Below are positions 63,432-64,000 of a stretch of DNA of 64,000 nucleotides, piece by piece. The notes beneath the pieces were generated by a model. That model worked only from the letters and a program-made list of their open reading frames with translations. It ran no database searches and was not told where the DNA came from. The position numbers and the translations under genes were made by a program. The stretch spans positions 1-64,000 of the IMG/VR virus record IMGVR_UViG_3300048813_000107; one strand, 5' to 3'. The first letter of the stretch is position 1. Each line of letters begins with the position of its first letter. This stretch comes from a virus.

Positions 63432-63535
63432 GGGGGGCTCCTAGCTGGGGGTTTCGTGGTTGCTGCGATACCGGGCGCGAGATGGGCGGCCGGGATGTCT
63501 TCGGGGCGGGCGGCCAGAACGCGGCGAACTTAGGG

Positions 63536-63799
63536 TCAGGCCGCTATGTCCTGCCGGCGGGCGCCGTTCGCCATGCGCTCGCCACGCTGCCGGGTCTCGA
63601 TGTCGGCCCGCGCGACGTCGCGGAGCCGGTACTTCGGCCGCCCCCGGCTGTCGCGGATCTCCCGCCCGTTCTTGTCCGTGGCCACCGGAAGGTAGCCGCG
63701 GTCCCGCCAGTTGCAGATGGCCGGGACGGACACGTGCGCGTACTCCGCCGCCTGGGTCGCCGTGATCAGGGCGTCCATGTCGAACGTGGGGGCGTCCAA
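63536..63799 (-). CDS. MerR-like HTH protein (possible late regulator)
   Basis: LITATQAAEYAHVSVPAICNWRDRGYL..PKYRLRDV; GGAGG before TTG 63799. Confidence 0.75.
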   Translation of the reverse strand: MDAPTFDMDALITATQAAEYAHVSVPAICNWRDRGYLPVATDKNGREIRDSRGRPKYRLRDVARADIETRQRGERMANGARRQDIAA

Positions 63800-63820
63800 G
63801 CATCCTCCCCCGGGCATGAA

Positions 63821-63843
63821 GAAAGCCCCCGGAATCCGGGGGC
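63821..63843 (-). terminator. Intrinsic terminator-like hairpin
   Basis: GCCCCCGG-ATT-CCGGGGGC then TTTC. Confidence 0.5.
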
Positions 63844-64000
63844 CCGTGGTGCTTGCGGGACGCCTGCGAACATGGCTGTCCGGGAGACAGGTTAACCCGT
63901 GAAGCTGCCCGCCGGCAAGTAACGCCACGCGCTTCTGCTCGGCGGCGAGCCGTTCCACTTCAGCGTCGTACTCGGCCAGCGAGAGGATGCGGTTGCAGAC

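Larger units (their letters stand above)
1..64000. mobile_element. Temperate siphovirus-like actinobacterial phage/prophage (partial; both ends lie outside the window)
   Basis: Terminase-portal-protease-capsid-tail tube-tape measure module, lysin, two recombinases, many small early genes; no sheath gene, no host core genes. Confidence 0.95.

Noticed and set aside
1-64000. CRISPR array, retron or diversity-generating retroelement
   Set aside because: No regularly spaced repeat-spacer array, no reverse transcriptase motif and no template/variable repeat pair seen
63800-64000. Fusion of the window-edge ORF with the MerR-like HTH gene
   Set aside because: Frame is open, but a terminator-like hairpin and a GGAGG-TTG start lie between; upstream gene is cut by the window edge so it cannot be judged

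Overview
The whole window reads as part of one temperate, siphovirus-type phage or prophage of a very high-GC actinobacterial host (roughly 70% GC by eye). No host housekeeping genes or genome ends are visible. 1-9.1 kb holds mostly + strand early genes (about 25 small, often Cys-rich ORFs, a C39-like peptidase, an orphan HigA-like protein) ending in an initiator-like tRNA-Met(CAT). 9.3-13.1 kb holds a Cre-like tyrosine recombinase, an XRE regulator, a large serine recombinase and an Xis-like gene. 13.1-20.5 kb holds a SNF2-type helicase, a DNA methyltransferase, a vWA protein and a five-gene polysaccharide operon (processive GT2, small membrane partner, CE4 deacetylase, GH16, Pro/Ser/Thr-rich anchored protein). 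20.6-64 kb is the - strand late region: terminases, intein-containing portal, NUDIX/MuF, XkdF protease, scaffold, capsid, neck, tail tube, frameshifted chaperone, tape measure, fibres, a lysis cassette and a PhoD phosphatase fused to tail-type domains. The most notable observations are: (1) the phage-borne ica/pga-like polysaccharide synthesis operon; (2) two virion genes apparently cut mid-domain by inserted genes while both halves stay open and keep starts, the clearest being a NUDIX domain split between portal and MuF by a 340-bp insert bounded by GCCTGA repeats; (3) a putative virion-displayed PhoD; (4) six stereotyped antisense, leaderless insertions placed back-to-back with late-gene starts. 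All product calls are from motif recognition by eye; no searches were run.
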